From a virus: a DNA stretch of 64,000 nucleotides. The stretch covers positions 13,917-77,916 of the IMG/VR virus record IMGVR_UViG_3300045988_065173; one strand, 5' to 3'. The notes beneath the pieces were generated by a model. The model saw only the letters and a program-made list of their open reading frames with translations. It made no database searches and had not been told where the DNA came from. Numbering within the stretch: the first letter of the stretch is position 1; the number at the start of each line of letters is the position of its first letter. This document shows, in pieces, positions 51,609 to 62,767 of the stretch. The translations under genes were made by a program, and so were the position numbers.

Positions 51609-52436
51609 ATGAAGACAATTATTAAGCTTTTGTGTGTATTAACTTTGGTGTTTGGCTTGTCTAGTTGTGGCTACGAGAGAATTGATGCTGGTTACGAAGG
51701 CATTAAGGTGAATCTATACGGAGACGGTAAAGGAGTAGATGATGTGTCTCTTGTCACTGGTGCAGTATGGTATAACCCTGTTACTACAGCTGTATACGAA
51801 TATCCGACATTCGTACAGACTGTGGACTATCCTCCATTTAGTATTAATGCTAAAGATGGATCATCATTTACTGTAGACCCTACAATTTCTTTGAAGATTG
51901 TTGACGGGAAATCACCAGAAGTATTTAAGAAGTATAGAAAGGAAGATATTGTAGAGGTAATTAATACTACTTTGTATAACTACGTAAAGAATGCTTTTCG
52001 TATTCAGCTGAATAACTATACTACTGATGAACTAGTAAGTAAACGTGAGGAGTTTGAGAAGTCCATAGAAGATAGACTGACAAAGGAACTTTTGGCTGAG
52101 AACTTTCAGCTTGAACAAATGACTTCTGGTCTTCAATATCCACAGACGCTAGTCAATTCTATTGATGCTAAGAATGCTGCAATTCAACAGGCTTTGAAGG
52201 CAGAGAATGAAGTTAAGACTATTGAGGCAGAAGCTAAAAAGAAAGTAGCAGCCGCACAAGGAGAAGCAGAAGCTCTTAAGATTAAGGGTGATGCAGAAGC
52301 TGAATATAATAGAAAGATTTCAGCATCTTTGTCAGTTCTCATAGTTCAGCAGGATATGATTAAGAAGTGGGATGGAAAACTTCCTACTTATGGTCAGGTT
52401 CCCACCTTATTTAAAGACGTAGCTAATAACAAATGA
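51609..52436 (+). CDS. SPFH/band-7 domain lipoprotein
   Basis: MKTIIKLLCVLTLVFGLSSCG is a signal peptide with a lipobox. An SPFH-like body and a C-terminal coiled coil follow. Confidence 0.65.
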   Translation: MKTIIKLLCVLTLVFGLSSCGYERIDAGYEGIKVNLYGDGKGVDDVSLVTGAVWYNPVTTAVYEYPTFVQTVDYPPFSINAKDGSSFTVDPTISLKIVDGKSPEVFKKYRKEDIVEVINTTLYNYVKNAFRIQLNNYTTDELVSKREEFEKSIEDRLTKELLAENFQLEQMTSGLQYPQTLVNSIDAKNAAIQQALKAENEVKTIEAEAKKKVAAAQGEAEALKIKGDAEAEYNRKISASLSVLIVQQDMIKKWDGKLPTYGQVPTLFKDVANNK

Positions 52437-52780
52437 TGTATCTAGTAATATGCACTGTGATGGTAATCATCACGGTGCTTATCTTGAAAGATACCCATGT
52501 AACCGTTTATTACAATTGGTATAGCAGAAGTGGGCCACATATAGAAGAAGACTATGACCTTAAAGTTCCAGTGTGGCTAGTTTTAGTAATACTAATCCTA
52601 GGATTTATTCCAGTACTGAACATTATGCTATACACAGTAGGATATTTATTCTATATAGTTCATGCTGTGTGGAATCCAGATAAGTTGTTTGGATATACAC
52701 ATAAGTTCAATCTAAGAGGAAATAATTTTCTAACTAGAATAGTGAAGAAGATATGGAAATTCTTAAATGTATGTGTATAA
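52433..52780 (+). CDS. small polytopic membrane protein downstream of the SPFH lipoprotein
   Basis: Several hydrophobic helices. Confidence 0.45.
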   Translation: MMYLVICTVMVIITVLILKDTHVTVYYNWYSRSGPHIEEDYDLKVPVWLVLVILILGFIPVLNIMLYTVGYLFYIVHAVWNPDKLFGYTHKFNLRGNNFLTRIVKKIWKFLNVCV

Positions 52781-53277
52781 CACTGAAACATCTTAGGCGA
52801 ATACTTAGACATAAGTTTTGGGTAGCTTATTACTGTTTTCAGTTAGGTCTATACAAACAGGGTATCTTGCACGACTTATCTAAATTCGGATGGTATGAGT
52901 TCTCTCGTTCTGTAAAATTTTACGATGATGACACATCTCCCTTAAACAAGGAAAAAGAAATTCTAGGATATTCTAGGTCTTATTTACATCACAGAGGAAG
53001 AAATCCACATCACTACGAGTACTGGGTAACTAAGCTAGACATTGGAGGCGTTCCAGTGAAGATGCCTAAAGAGTATGCTCTGGAATTAGTATGCGATTAT
53101 CTAGCTGCCGGCAAAGTATATAATGGTAATAGTTTTCAAGGAGAATATAACTGGTGGATTAAGTATATAAGTTCTCCTAGGGCTATCCATCCAGAAACTA
53201 AGGAATTTATCACTCAGTGCTTTAAGAATTTAGCTAGTGGTAAAGGCATGAAAAGTTTATTAACAATTAGTTATTAA
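52753..53277 (+). CDS. hypothetical His-rich (HD-like?) protein
   Basis: HDLSK…LHHRGRNPHH. Confidence 0.4.
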   Translation: MEILKCMCITLKHLRRILRHKFWVAYYCFQLGLYKQGILHDLSKFGWYEFSRSVKFYDDDTSPLNKEKEILGYSRSYLHHRGRNPHHYEYWVTKLDIGGVPVKMPKEYALELVCDYLAAGKVYNGNSFQGEYNWWIKYISSPRAIHPETKEFITQCFKNLASGKGMKSLLTISY

Positions 53278-53290
53278 AATAATTTTTAGA

Positions 53291-54853
53291 ATGGAAATAA
53301 TTAATGCAACAGATGGCTATAAATTGGGCCACCACAGAATGTACCCAGAAGGTACTGAACAAGTTTACAGTAATTGGACTCCAAGAAGTAACAAATACTT
53401 TCCAGAAGCCACTGAAGGTTCTGTAGTATTCGGAATCCAGTATTTAATTAAAAAGTATCTGATTGACGAATTTAACAAGAATTTCTTTGAGTTGCCTAAA
53501 GAGAAAGCTGTAGAAATGTTTTATCGAAGAGTTCACAACTTCGTGGGAATTGAATCTGTAGGGTATAGACATATTGAAGCCTTGTATGATTTGGGTTATC
53601 TTCCTATTCGCATTAAAGCGTTGCCAGAAGGTTCAGTATGCCCTATCAGAGTTCCCATGATGACTATTACTAATACAAAGTCAGAGTTCTTCTGGTTAAC
53701 TAATTATCTAGAGACTTTGATTAGTTGTACTCTGTGGATGCCTTGTACCTCTGCTACTAGAGCAAGACTCTATAAGAAGGAACTTAAAAGACACGCAGTA
53801 TATACTGGATTTCCAGAAGATATAAATCTGGATTTCTTGTGTCATGACTTCTCTATGAGAGGAATGGCTGGTTTAGAGGCTGCTATCATTTCTGGTATGG
53901 CACATATGACTTCGTTTGTTGGAAGTGAGACCATTCCAGCTATTGCTGCTCTAGAAGAATATTATGGTGCAAATTCTGACAATGAATTAATTGCTGCTAC
54001 TGTTCCAGCCACAGAACATTCTGTAATGTGTGCTGGCGGAGAAGAGGATGAACTTCAAACCTTTAAGCGATTAATTAATGAATTGTATCCATCTGGGTTC
54101 GTTTCTATAGTTTCTGATACTTGGGACTTCTGGAATGTTATTGAAAACTTCCTTCCCAAATTAAAGAAGGATATTATGGCTCGTGATGGACGTGTAGTTA
54201 TTCGTCCAGATAGCGGAGACCCTGTTGATATTATTTGTGGTTTAAGAACTAATCCTCACCTCCATACTAGGATGAAAGAGGGTAAGTATTATTGTTGCTA
54301 TGCTCCATTTAACGATGATGCTGAGTATGTAGAAGTTTCAGAAGGTCAATATTACGGAGCATATTATATGCTTGGTAAAATATTCGGCTGGAATACTACT
54401 TCTAAGGATTATCGCTATCCTAGTACGAAAATAGGTTTGTTGTATGGTGATTCTATTACTCTTGAACGTCAGAAGCAAATCTATATGCGACTTGAGAACG
54501 CTCATATGGCAGCTTGCAATCTTGTTCTAGGAGTAGGTTCATTTTCATATCAGTATGCAAGTAGAGACAGCTTAGGATTTGCAATTAAGGCTACTGCTTG
54601 TGTAATTAATGGAGAATTGAAAGAAATATTCAAACATCCTAAGACTGATGATGGAACTAAGAACTCTTTGAAAGGTCTGATTGCAGTATATCAGGATGTC
54701 AATGGTGTCTACTATGCTGAAGACCAAGTAACCCCTGAAGTAGAGGATGGAGGTTGTCTAGAAACTGTATTTGAAGACGGTGTTCTTAAGAAGGAATACA
54801 CTCTTAAAGAAATTAGACAGCGAATTAATGAAGGGCTTTATGGAAAGTTTTAA
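53291..54853 (+). CDS. nadV: nicotinamide phosphoribosyltransferase (NadV/NAMPT)
   Basis: N-terminal INATDGYKLGHH (TDSYK-like NAMPT signature). 520 aa. Confidence 0.75.
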   Translation: MEIINATDGYKLGHHRMYPEGTEQVYSNWTPRSNKYFPEATEGSVVFGIQYLIKKYLIDEFNKNFFELPKEKAVEMFYRRVHNFVGIESVGYRHIEALYDLGYLPIRIKALPEGSVCPIRVPMMTITNTKSEFFWLTNYLETLISCTLWMPCTSATRARLYKKELKRHAVYTGFPEDINLDFLCHDFSMRGMAGLEAAIISGMAHMTSFVGSETIPAIAALEEYYGANSDNELIAATVPATEHSVMCAGGEEDELQTFKRLINELYPSGFVSIVSDTWDFWNVIENFLPKLKKDIMARDGRVVIRPDSGDPVDIICGLRTNPHLHTRMKEGKYYCCYAPFNDDAEYVEVSEGQYYGAYYMLGKIFGWNTTSKDYRYPSTKIGLLYGDSITLERQKQIYMRLENAHMAACNLVLGVGSFSYQYASRDSLGFAIKATACVINGELKEIFKHPKTDDGTKNSLKGLIAVYQDVNGVYYAEDQVTPEVEDGGCLETVFEDGVLKKEYTLKEIRQRINEGLYGKF

Positions 54854-55268
54854 CCATCCATTCGGAAAAGAGGCTTGCAAGAAGCGACTATTAGAAGAGT
54901 ATAAAAAATACGGAAAGCTAATAGTCGCTTTCGATTATGACAACACTATTTTTGACTACCATAATAATGGAGGAGACTATAGTTGTGTCGTCAACTTATT
55001 GAGACATTGTACTATGCTAGGTTTTGAAATGATTTTATTTTCCACTGAAGAAGATGAAGATAGAATTATAGAGAAACAAGTGGAGTGTGTTCAAATGAGG
55101 GTAGGGAATCTTATCAATGATATGATCATACCTCCCTTTACAAGTAGTAGACTATTCCCAAATTCTAAAAAGCCCTATTATAATATTTTACTGGATGATA
55201 GAGCAGGCTTAGAAGAAAGTTACGAAATTTTAAAATATGTTGTAGATGAAATTATTAAACTTAATTAA
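54831..55268 (+). CDS. HAD-superfamily hydrolase
   Basis: LIVAFDYDNTIFDY is the DxDxT motif I. The start is taken at an internal Met to avoid overlap with nadV. Confidence 0.5.
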   Translation, partial: KGFMESFNHPFGKEACKKRLLEEYKKYGKLIVAFDYDNTIFDYHNNGGDYSCVVNLLRHCTMLGFEMILFSTEEDEDRIIEKQVECVQMRVGNLINDMIIPPFTSSRLFPNSKKPYYNILLDDRAGLEESYEILKYVVDEIIKLN

Positions 55269-56058
55269 CTTGGACAAGAGTGAGATTAAGTATAACCTCA
55301 CTAGATTTCCTGACGGAGAACCTCAGATAAGTTTTCCTGACGAATTTGATAGGAAAGATTCAGTAAAGGTTATATGTAGAATTACTTCTGCTGAAGAATT
55401 ATTTATTCTAACTCAAGTCGGAGACATTCTTGATAGACAAGAGATTGAGTGGGATTTGTTTATTACCTATCTAATGTCTATGCGTATGGATAGAGTAATG
55501 GACTTTAACCGACCATTTTCTCTAAAAGTGGTTTGTAGTATCTTGAATACTATGAACTATCGTTATATTATGATTTTGGAACCTCATTCGGAAAGAACTA
55601 AGGGATTGTTAGGAACTAGATGCTATCCTCAAAAGTTTAACTTTGAATCGCATTTGGATGTTCAATCTAATATTGTATTTCCAGATGCTGGAGCTTACCA
55701 AAGGTACAAAATTCTCTCTAATAATTGGGGACATATTGTGTTCAATAAGGTGAGAGATTTGGAAACTGGTAAGATTAAGGAGTTTTCCATTGGAAGAGAG
55801 GTTAATTGTTATTATCCGACCTTTACTTTTATTGATGATTTGTGTGACGCTGGAGGAACATTCCTTGGGGAGCTTAAAGTTCTTAAAGAGAGATATCCAG
55901 ACTCTAAATTCGAGATTATAGTTTGTCATGCTGTAAATATCAAAGGCTTGGTAAAGCTGTGTAACAATTTTGATCGTGTTATAATAACTAATTCATATTG
56001 TGATTATGGATATAAGCCTAGTAATAATAATTTAACAGTGATAGATGTATGCGGATAG
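55246..56058 (+). CDS. prs: ribose-phosphate pyrophosphokinase (PRPP synthetase)
   Basis: FIDDLCDAGGTF is the PRPP-binding loop (DDxxDTGGT-like). Ends TAG-TAA. Confidence 0.7.
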   Translation: MKLLNLINLDKSEIKYNLTRFPDGEPQISFPDEFDRKDSVKVICRITSAEELFILTQVGDILDRQEIEWDLFITYLMSMRMDRVMDFNRPFSLKVVCSILNTMNYRYIMILEPHSERTKGLLGTRCYPQKFNFESHLDVQSNIVFPDAGAYQRYKILSNNWGHIVFNKVRDLETGKIKEFSIGREVNCYYPTFTFIDDLCDAGGTFLGELKVLKERYPDSKFEIIVCHAVNIKGLVKLCNNFDRVIITNSYCDYGYKPSNNNLTVIDVCG

Positions 56059-56295
56059 TAATTTAAAAAGAGATGGTAATTGAAGGTCCATTTTACAGGT
56101 TAACCCCAATTAACGATTCATCTCCTCGTTTCGACTTGGAGTTGTTATGTGATATTGGTGGTAAAAATCCGAGAAAAGAGTTTAAGGTAGTAGGATATGG
56201 ATTCCTGCTAGAATCTGCAGTGGAGAGATGTATCCACTATGCAGTTAGAAGAAAATTCGGAAAAGATGAAATTGTAACTTTAGGTAAGTACTTGG

Positions 56296-56769
56296 ATGAG
56301 TTTAAAAAAGCAAAGGAGGAGATTGAACTCCAAATCTACGGAAGTACAAGAAATTCTAGCGGAGAGGCTGAATAAACTTTGTAGGTTTCTAGATGAAGAG
56401 TACGATATTAACGCTGGAGGGTGTTGCTATGTAGCATATTGCCTGGCAAAACTTCTTAGTAAGGACAAGTTCAAGTTTAGAGTAATAATATACGAAGATT
56501 ATGAGTTAGAAGATAGATTTAGTGAAATTTCTGGAAGTCACTATCATTACGCTATTGGTATCGGAAATTATACAATAAATTCTGCTGAATGTGATGAAGA
56601 CGAAAGCTTTTGCAGAAATATATATTATAATGTAAGAGCTTCTGAAATTCTAGACCACTATAAAAATCGTAGCTGGAACGAATGTTACAATTCAGAAAAG
56701 AATAAATTTATCTTTAGAACTATTCAAGTATTTTATGACGACCTTACGGAAGACTTACGAGAAAGATAG
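56296..56769 (+). CDS. hypothetical protein; apparent genuine TAG stop
   Basis: 157-aa ORF ending in TAG. The protein-like ORF 56735-57022 overlaps it in another frame. Confidence 0.4.
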   Translation: MSLKKQRRRLNSKSTEVQEILAERLNKLCRFLDEEYDINAGGCCYVAYCLAKLLSKDKFKFRVIIYEDYELEDRFSEISGSHYHYAIGIGNYTINSAECDEDESFCRNIYYNVRASEILDHYKNRSWNECYNSEKNKFIFRTIQVFYDDLTEDLRER

Positions 56770-57002
56770 ACAGATTGTGCATACGCACGACAAGTTTATC
56801 TACTGTAGTTCGGTTTATCAAATGTGGGGATGGGGAGCAGCCCTTATGGAAGAAAAGTATTATGCTTCTGATAAGCCTATTACACTTAAAAAGAAAAATT
56901 TAATCTCTGTAAAGAGAAAAAACTATTCATTGCATAGATTTTTCGAATTACAGTTTGCTCCAGAAGAATATTTAATTAATAACGGTTTTAAAATTGTAGA
57001 AA

Positions 57003-57593
57003 ATGAAACAGGATGTAGCTGAGTATTTGATTGACTCGTTTGTAGACTTTAAAGGTGAGGAACACAAAATTGTAGCGTGTGCTTTGAGCCAATCTCCAGA
57101 AGAGAGTGAGGATGGTTACAAACTTGCAGTAGGTTGGGTGAACGAAATGGACGAATTTGTCTGTGTAGATGATCCAGATTACGCAGAAGTTTGTAGAGTC
57201 GTATCTGTTGGTATCAGTGTGTGTCACCCAACTGATACGTTTGACAAGGAGAGAGGTAAAGCTAATGCCTACAATAAAGCTTTGCACGACCCTAAATGTC
57301 CTACTATCTATACTAGAGATAGAGGAGTAGCTAGTAAGACTTTGGTAAAGGCTTTCTTGAAGCAGGAGGTTAATTTCCTTAAAGAGAATCCAGAGAGAAT
57401 TATCAAGGGTTATAATCAGATGAAAGCTCGTTTCGACAAAAAGCAAGCTCTAAAAGCTAAGGTGGAGGGTCTCTCTGATAATGAGAAACTTGTTGTGAAA
57501 CTGGCAATGAAGGAAGGTGTGGATGTAGTCGGATGCGTTAAGCTCGTAGAAGAGGCTAAGGCTGCAGGTATTGAGATAAATGAACAAGACTAA
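57003..57593 (+). CDS. hypothetical protein
   Basis: 196-aa ORF. Confidence 0.5.
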   Translation: MKQDVAEYLIDSFVDFKGEEHKIVACALSQSPEESEDGYKLAVGWVNEMDEFVCVDDPDYAEVCRVVSVGISVCHPTDTFDKERGKANAYNKALHDPKCPTIYTRDRGVASKTLVKAFLKQEVNFLKENPERIIKGYNQMKARFDKKQALKAKVEGLSDNEKLVVKLAMKEGVDVVGCVKLVEEAKAAGIEINEQD

Positions 57594-58672
57594 GTTTTGC
57601 TATATTTTAATTGTCATAATGGGATTAATAATTATATATTTGTCTATCCCTAAGAGAGATAGTAATCCTAGCACTCCTAATGTGCAAGAGATTGTAAGGG
57701 ATTCTATCATTAGAGATAGCATTTATATAGTTAATGATTCCATTGTTGAGAAAATTAAATATATAGACAAGGAGTATGATGAGAAAGTATCTACTATTAT
57801 GTCTAGTTCTGATAGCATCAATTTGTGCTTTTTCTCAGAATACATCGACCGTTACAATAACCGGCGAACAGTTAAAGACAACTAATCTGATATTTGCTGA
57901 ACATCAGAAATTGTCCGAAACTGTTCCTTTATTGAAGAGTCAAATAACTAATTTAGAACTTATAAACAAAAGTTGGGAGAAAACGGATTCTGTTCGCAGA
58001 GTCCAGTTACTGTATTATGGAAACATAATTGAAGATAAAAATAGATCAATTGAAGGTCTTAATAAGTCTTTAAAGAAGAAGCAGAACGTAATCAAATATG
58101 GAGCTGCTGGCTCATGTGTATTAATATTATTATGCCTATTACTGAAGTAATGTTTAAGGACAAAGATGGTTTTCACTATAAACATCCTGAACGTAGCTGT
58201 ACTAGGTGTAAGAACTATCCCTGTTTGCCAAATATGGACAAACTACAAGGGGACTTTGCCTCTTATGGTTGCAGAAAGTTCGAGGATATTAATACCTTTG
58301 AGGTGTGGAAACCAAAGAAGTAACTTACCATGTTAAGTTTGTAGCTGAATGTGAGGACGGAATGGGTTATGCAAATTATGTCTTTGAACGTCTAGAATAT
58401 GATAATCTAGATTACAAAGACATAATGTGTGTTCGATTTCCGAATTGGAACCAGTGTTCTATGAAATTAGGCGATGTCGGATATGTATCTCTAAGATATG
58501 TAGAAGAAGGCATCGATAAATGGTACGATGGTACAGATTTCGTTCCATATAAGGAGACAAATATAATTTTCCTGAAATTTATTCATGAAAAACCGTCTCT
58601 AGAATGTGGACAAATATTATTAGATTAACATTAAAATTAGATGAACTATGAAGTATTTTTAAAGAATAATTT

Positions 58673-59536
58673 ATGACTGTATTAGGAGATAAGCTGAGAG
58701 AGGCTTTGAATGATAAAGCAAACGATGTTAATAGCTATGTATGGAAAGGACCTAAAGTAAACGGAGTCCAGGAGGAAATAAAGTTAGTGGATGCTGATTA
58801 TGACCAGCTGAAACGCTTCTATAACCACTGTGAACAAATGTTGTACAACTCGGATACCAAGAATCCAGGTCGTTTAACATTACTAGATATAGTGTCCGAT
58901 CAAATACAGAGATGTCGAGCAGAGCTTCTTATTAGATGGCTTAGAGCTGAGAAACAATACACAAACACTCGCTGTTTGGAAGACCTGAGAATTACCATCA
59001 AGAATAATAAAGAGATTTTGACCAATGAGGCTATTAAAGTTTATCCTATTGGAAATATTCTTAATGGTATCCCTGTAGAGTTTAGAGAAGTACCTGTAAG
59101 TTTAGTTATGGACGCTTGTCTGGATTCTTTGGGATTGTTTGATAACTCTCATTTGACGTTGAATTTCATTGTCAAGATGGGACTTTGGTTTACACAGCAA
59201 GAAATGCAAAAGGACTTATATCGTAAAGACCCTGTAACAGGTAAAGCTGTCAATAGACTTTTGGTGGTAAGCAAGGAACTTCGTTTGAATCCTTCTATTG
59301 CTCTTAAAATCTGTGATACTGGATTAAGTTATGCTGAGTTTAGATCAATGTGTAGACTAAAACGAGATAAATATGCAAACTTAACTAGTGATCAGTTGAG
59401 ACTGTTGTCGAGCAAGGTTCTTTATCGCTTCCAGAATCAATGCGAAAGTCAAGCCAAACAGTGGAAGGACAAAATGGAAGAAATTAAGAAAGTTGCCGAA
59501 CTTAAAGGTTGGGACATCACTAGAAATATAGACTAA
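58673..59536 (+). CDS. hypothetical protein
   Basis: 287-aa ORF. Confidence 0.55.
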   Translation: MTVLGDKLREALNDKANDVNSYVWKGPKVNGVQEEIKLVDADYDQLKRFYNHCEQMLYNSDTKNPGRLTLLDIVSDQIQRCRAELLIRWLRAEKQYTNTRCLEDLRITIKNNKEILTNEAIKVYPIGNILNGIPVEFREVPVSLVMDACLDSLGLFDNSHLTLNFIVKMGLWFTQQEMQKDLYRKDPVTGKAVNRLLVVSKELRLNPSIALKICDTGLSYAEFRSMCRLKRDKYANLTSDQLRLLSSKVLYRFQNQCESQAKQWKDKMEEIKKVAELKGWDITRNID

Positions 59537-60813
59537 TGAAGGACCTTTTTACTCCTGTCACTCGTGATGAGCGGCAGGAGGAGTCCGTCAAAAAGTGGAT
59601 TAAGTCCAAAGGAAGAGGTACAATAGTTGCTTGTACTGGGTATGGAAAGACTAGGGTTGCTACTATTATTATAGGAAAACTTATTTCTAAGTACCCTTCT
59701 ATCAGGGTATTAGTAGTCGTTCCAAATTCTACTTTGCAAGAACAATGGTCTGGAATCCTAGACAGTTTGGGATATGGATTGAATGTCGAAGTTGGAATTA
59801 TTAATTCCATGGCAAAGAACGGGTATGATTGTGACCTTCTGATTCTGGATGAAATTCACAGATGTCCTGCTGATACTTTCTCTTCTGTATTTACTAAGGT
59901 AAAATATAAACTTATTCTTGGTTTAACTGCTACTATAGAGAGACTCGATGGAAAGCACAGTATCATAGAAAAATACTGTCCAGAGATTGATAATATTTCT
60001 ATAGAAGTAGCCAAAGCCAATGGTTGGGTATCAAACTTTTCAGAATATCAAGTTATAATAACGGTGGACGATATAGACTTGTATAGAAAATATAACAAGG
60101 AGTTTGTTCAACATTTTGAATATTTTAACTTTGATTTTGACTTAGTTATGAGTATGTTAGGTCCAAACGGATTTGTCAATAGGGCTAAGTATAGGGACGA
60201 ACTATGTAACCGAAACAGCAAGCTGGATAGGAAAGAAGTTTTCAAGGAAATTACTTTTCATGCTACGGCGTTCATGAGAGCTTTGCAGAGTAGGAAAAAG
60301 TTCATATACAATCATGCTAAGAAGCTAGAAATAGCCAAGGAGATAATCAAGTATAGGTCTGATAAGAAAATCATTACCTTTTCAGCTAATGTGAAAATGG
60401 CTGAAAGCATAGGTATAGGATATGTTTATACTGGAAGAGAGAGTAAAAAGAAAAACAGAATAACCATAGAAGAATTTTCCACACTTAGTTCTGGAGTGCT
60501 TAATAGCGTCCAGCTAGCTAATGAGGGTTTAGACTGTAAGGGTTTATCTGTTGGTATTGTTCTTGGTTTAGATTCCAGTCCTATAAAGAGTAAGCAGAGA
60601 ACTGGTAGGGTAATACGAAAGGAAGAACCTACTAAGTATGCCGAAATGTTCACAATTGTTATTGAAAACACTGTAGAGTGTGAATGGTACAAGAAATCAC
60701 ACGAAGGAGTGAATTATATAACTATTGATGAAGAGAATCTTATGAAAGTTCTAAGGGGAGAACCCTATGAGCCTTATAAGAAGAAAATACAAAATTTTAC
60801 TTATCGTTTTTAA
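59536..60813 (+). CDS. SF2 DEAD/DExH-box helicase
   Basis: ACTGYGKT (Walker A), LILDEIH (DExH), QRTGRVIR (motif VI). Confidence 0.7.
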   Translation: MKDLFTPVTRDERQEESVKKWIKSKGRGTIVACTGYGKTRVATIIIGKLISKYPSIRVLVVVPNSTLQEQWSGILDSLGYGLNVEVGIINSMAKNGYDCDLLILDEIHRCPADTFSSVFTKVKYKLILGLTATIERLDGKHSIIEKYCPEIDNISIEVAKANGWVSNFSEYQVIITVDDIDLYRKYNKEFVQHFEYFNFDFDLVMSMLGPNGFVNRAKYRDELCNRNSKLDRKEVFKEITFHATAFMRALQSRKKFIYNHAKKLEIAKEIIKYRSDKKIITFSANVKMAESIGIGYVYTGRESKKKNRITIEEFSTLSSGVLNSVQLANEGLDCKGLSVGIVLGLDSSPIKSKQRTGRVIRKEEPTKYAEMFTIVIENTVECEWYKKSHEGVNYITIDEENLMKVLRGEPYEPYKKKIQNFTYRF

Positions 60814-61070
60814 TTATGGAAACTTATTACACTAAGAAAGAGTATAATGAGATGAAATCTGCACTTACTAAGAAATGTAAGTCGCTAGAAACTAAAGTTA
60901 GTAAACTGACATCTGAGTTGAAGGAATTAAAGAAGGATTATGCAGTACTTCTTGAAACCGCCAACGAAAAAGTTGAGGACTAAAGTTTATCACGTAACTA
61001 AGTTTTAACACCTTAACAGGTAAACTAGACTTAGTGTATAGATTAGTAGAAAATCTATTAATTTGTACAC

Positions 61071-61676
61071 GTGAGAAATCTTGAATTGAAACAACAGCTT
61101 CTGTTTTGTGAGAAATATAGTATAAATCCGAGCGAGTTGTTGTTGTTAGAAATTATTCTTATTGCCCAAGAAGGCGACGAACCAGAAATTGTCCATGAGT
61201 ATTTCTCCTCTAGAGTATGTGCTCGTGGTTTTACAATAGAACTATTAACTGGACTTCGCGATGCTGGAATTATTCATAAATCCTATAAAATTCCTGAAAA
61301 AGGAAGTGTATTTAATCCCTTAGATATTCCACTAAACAAAAATGTGGTTAAAGATTTCTACAAATGCTCATTTGAGCTAGGTAAGGAATTATGGGATACC
61401 TATCCTCAATTCGGGATAGTTAATAATTCACAAGTAGGTCTTAGAAGCGTGTCTAAGAAATTTGACACCATCGAAGACTTCTATAGGTTTTATGGTAGGA
61501 CTATCAGATGGAAGCCAGAAGTTCATAATCAAATTATAGAGCTAGTAAAGTGGGCTAGAGAGCACAATATTCTATGTACCACTATTGCCAACTTTGTAAT
61601 AGACCATAAGTGGGAAGAACTTGAAGCACTAAAAGATGAAGGCGGAGTTAATTATGATTCCATGAGATTGCTATGA
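61071..61676 (+). CDS. hypothetical replication-associated protein
   Basis: 201-aa ORF directly upstream of the DnaB-like gene. Confidence 0.45.
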   Translation: MRNLELKQQLLFCEKYSINPSELLLLEIILIAQEGDEPEIVHEYFSSRVCARGFTIELLTGLRDAGIIHKSYKIPEKGSVFNPLDIPLNKNVVKDFYKCSFELGKELWDTYPQFGIVNNSQVGLRSVSKKFDTIEDFYRFYGRTIRWKPEVHNQIIELVKWAREHNILCTTIANFVIDHKWEELEALKDEGGVNYDSMRLL

Positions 61677-62767
61677 TTTCTGAGAAACTTCTTTACGAAA
61701 TTGATAGAGGTAGATTGGGGTTAAATCATGGTATATCTATGAAACTTCCTAAGCTAGAGAGCATTATTGATGGAGTCACTAGGGAAACCTATACACTGAT
61801 TCTATCTAACTCTGGTGCGGGTAAAACTTCATTTGCCCTTTATGCTTATGTTTATAGACCACTAATGGAACATCTTGATGATGATGATTTTAAGGTATTG
61901 TATTTTAGTCTAGAGATGGGAGAAGTAGCCTTATATATCAAGCTATTATCCATATATATCTTCGAAACGTATGGAATACAATTATCTTTTAAGAAGATTC
62001 TTTCAAGAGAAAAGGAATATATTTTGTCAGAGGAACATTATGACCTAGTTAAGCAATGTATGCCCTGGGTAGATAAGATTAGTAAAAAGCTGGAAATCTA
62101 TGACAAGAAAGTGTCTCCAAAAAAGGTGTATGCTATCTTGAAAACTAGGTTAGAAGAAATGGGAACTTTTTCTGAAAGTGAGACAAGACTTCTATATAAG
62201 CCTAATAATCCTAATCTTATCTATAATATCGTAGTAGACCATATTGGTCTGGTTGGTACTAAACCTGACATAGACTTACTTTCTAGCTATCTTCTATTCT
62301 TTAGAGATAAGTGTGGCGTTAGTCCTGTAGTAATACAGCAAGCTAATAGAGAGCAAGGAAATATTGAAAGGTTTAAGCAGGGAAAGAGTGCGTTTACTAT
62401 TCACGATGCTAAAGACTCTGGTAATACTGTGCAGGATTGTAATATCATGATTGCACTGTATAATCCACACAGGGATGGATTGAAAACTTATAAACATTAT
62501 AATATTGAGTATCTAAAGTCTTATTTTAGAAGCATAATGGTACTTAAGAACCGATATGGTGATTGTGATGTTGAAGTTGGAGTAAACTTCTTTGGCTGGA
62601 TTAATATGTTCCACGAGCTTCCAAAGCCCGATGAAATTTATGATTATGAAAGGTATACAAATCCAAATTATATACTAGAAGATAATAGTTCTATAGTAGA
62701 ACAGGAGCTAGATGATATTACAGAATTAGATGATTCGAATGAAAACTTTAATTTTGCATTAGAATAA
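61673..62767 (+). CDS. DnaB-like replicative helicase (RecA-fold C-terminal domain)
   Basis: LILSNSGAGKTSFAL (H1), IVVDHIGLV (H2-like), VVIQQANRE (H3-like). Confidence 0.55.
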   Translation: MISEKLLYEIDRGRLGLNHGISMKLPKLESIIDGVTRETYTLILSNSGAGKTSFALYAYVYRPLMEHLDDDDFKVLYFSLEMGEVALYIKLLSIYIFETYGIQLSFKKILSREKEYILSEEHYDLVKQCMPWVDKISKKLEIYDKKVSPKKVYAILKTRLEEMGTFSESETRLLYKPNNPNLIYNIVVDHIGLVGTKPDIDLLSSYLLFFRDKCGVSPVVIQQANREQGNIERFKQGKSAFTIHDAKDSGNTVQDCNIMIALYNPHRDGLKTYKHYNIEYLKSYFRSIMVLKNRYGDCDVEVGVNFFGWINMFHELPKPDEIYDYERYTNPNYILEDNSSIVEQELDDITELDDSNENFNFALE

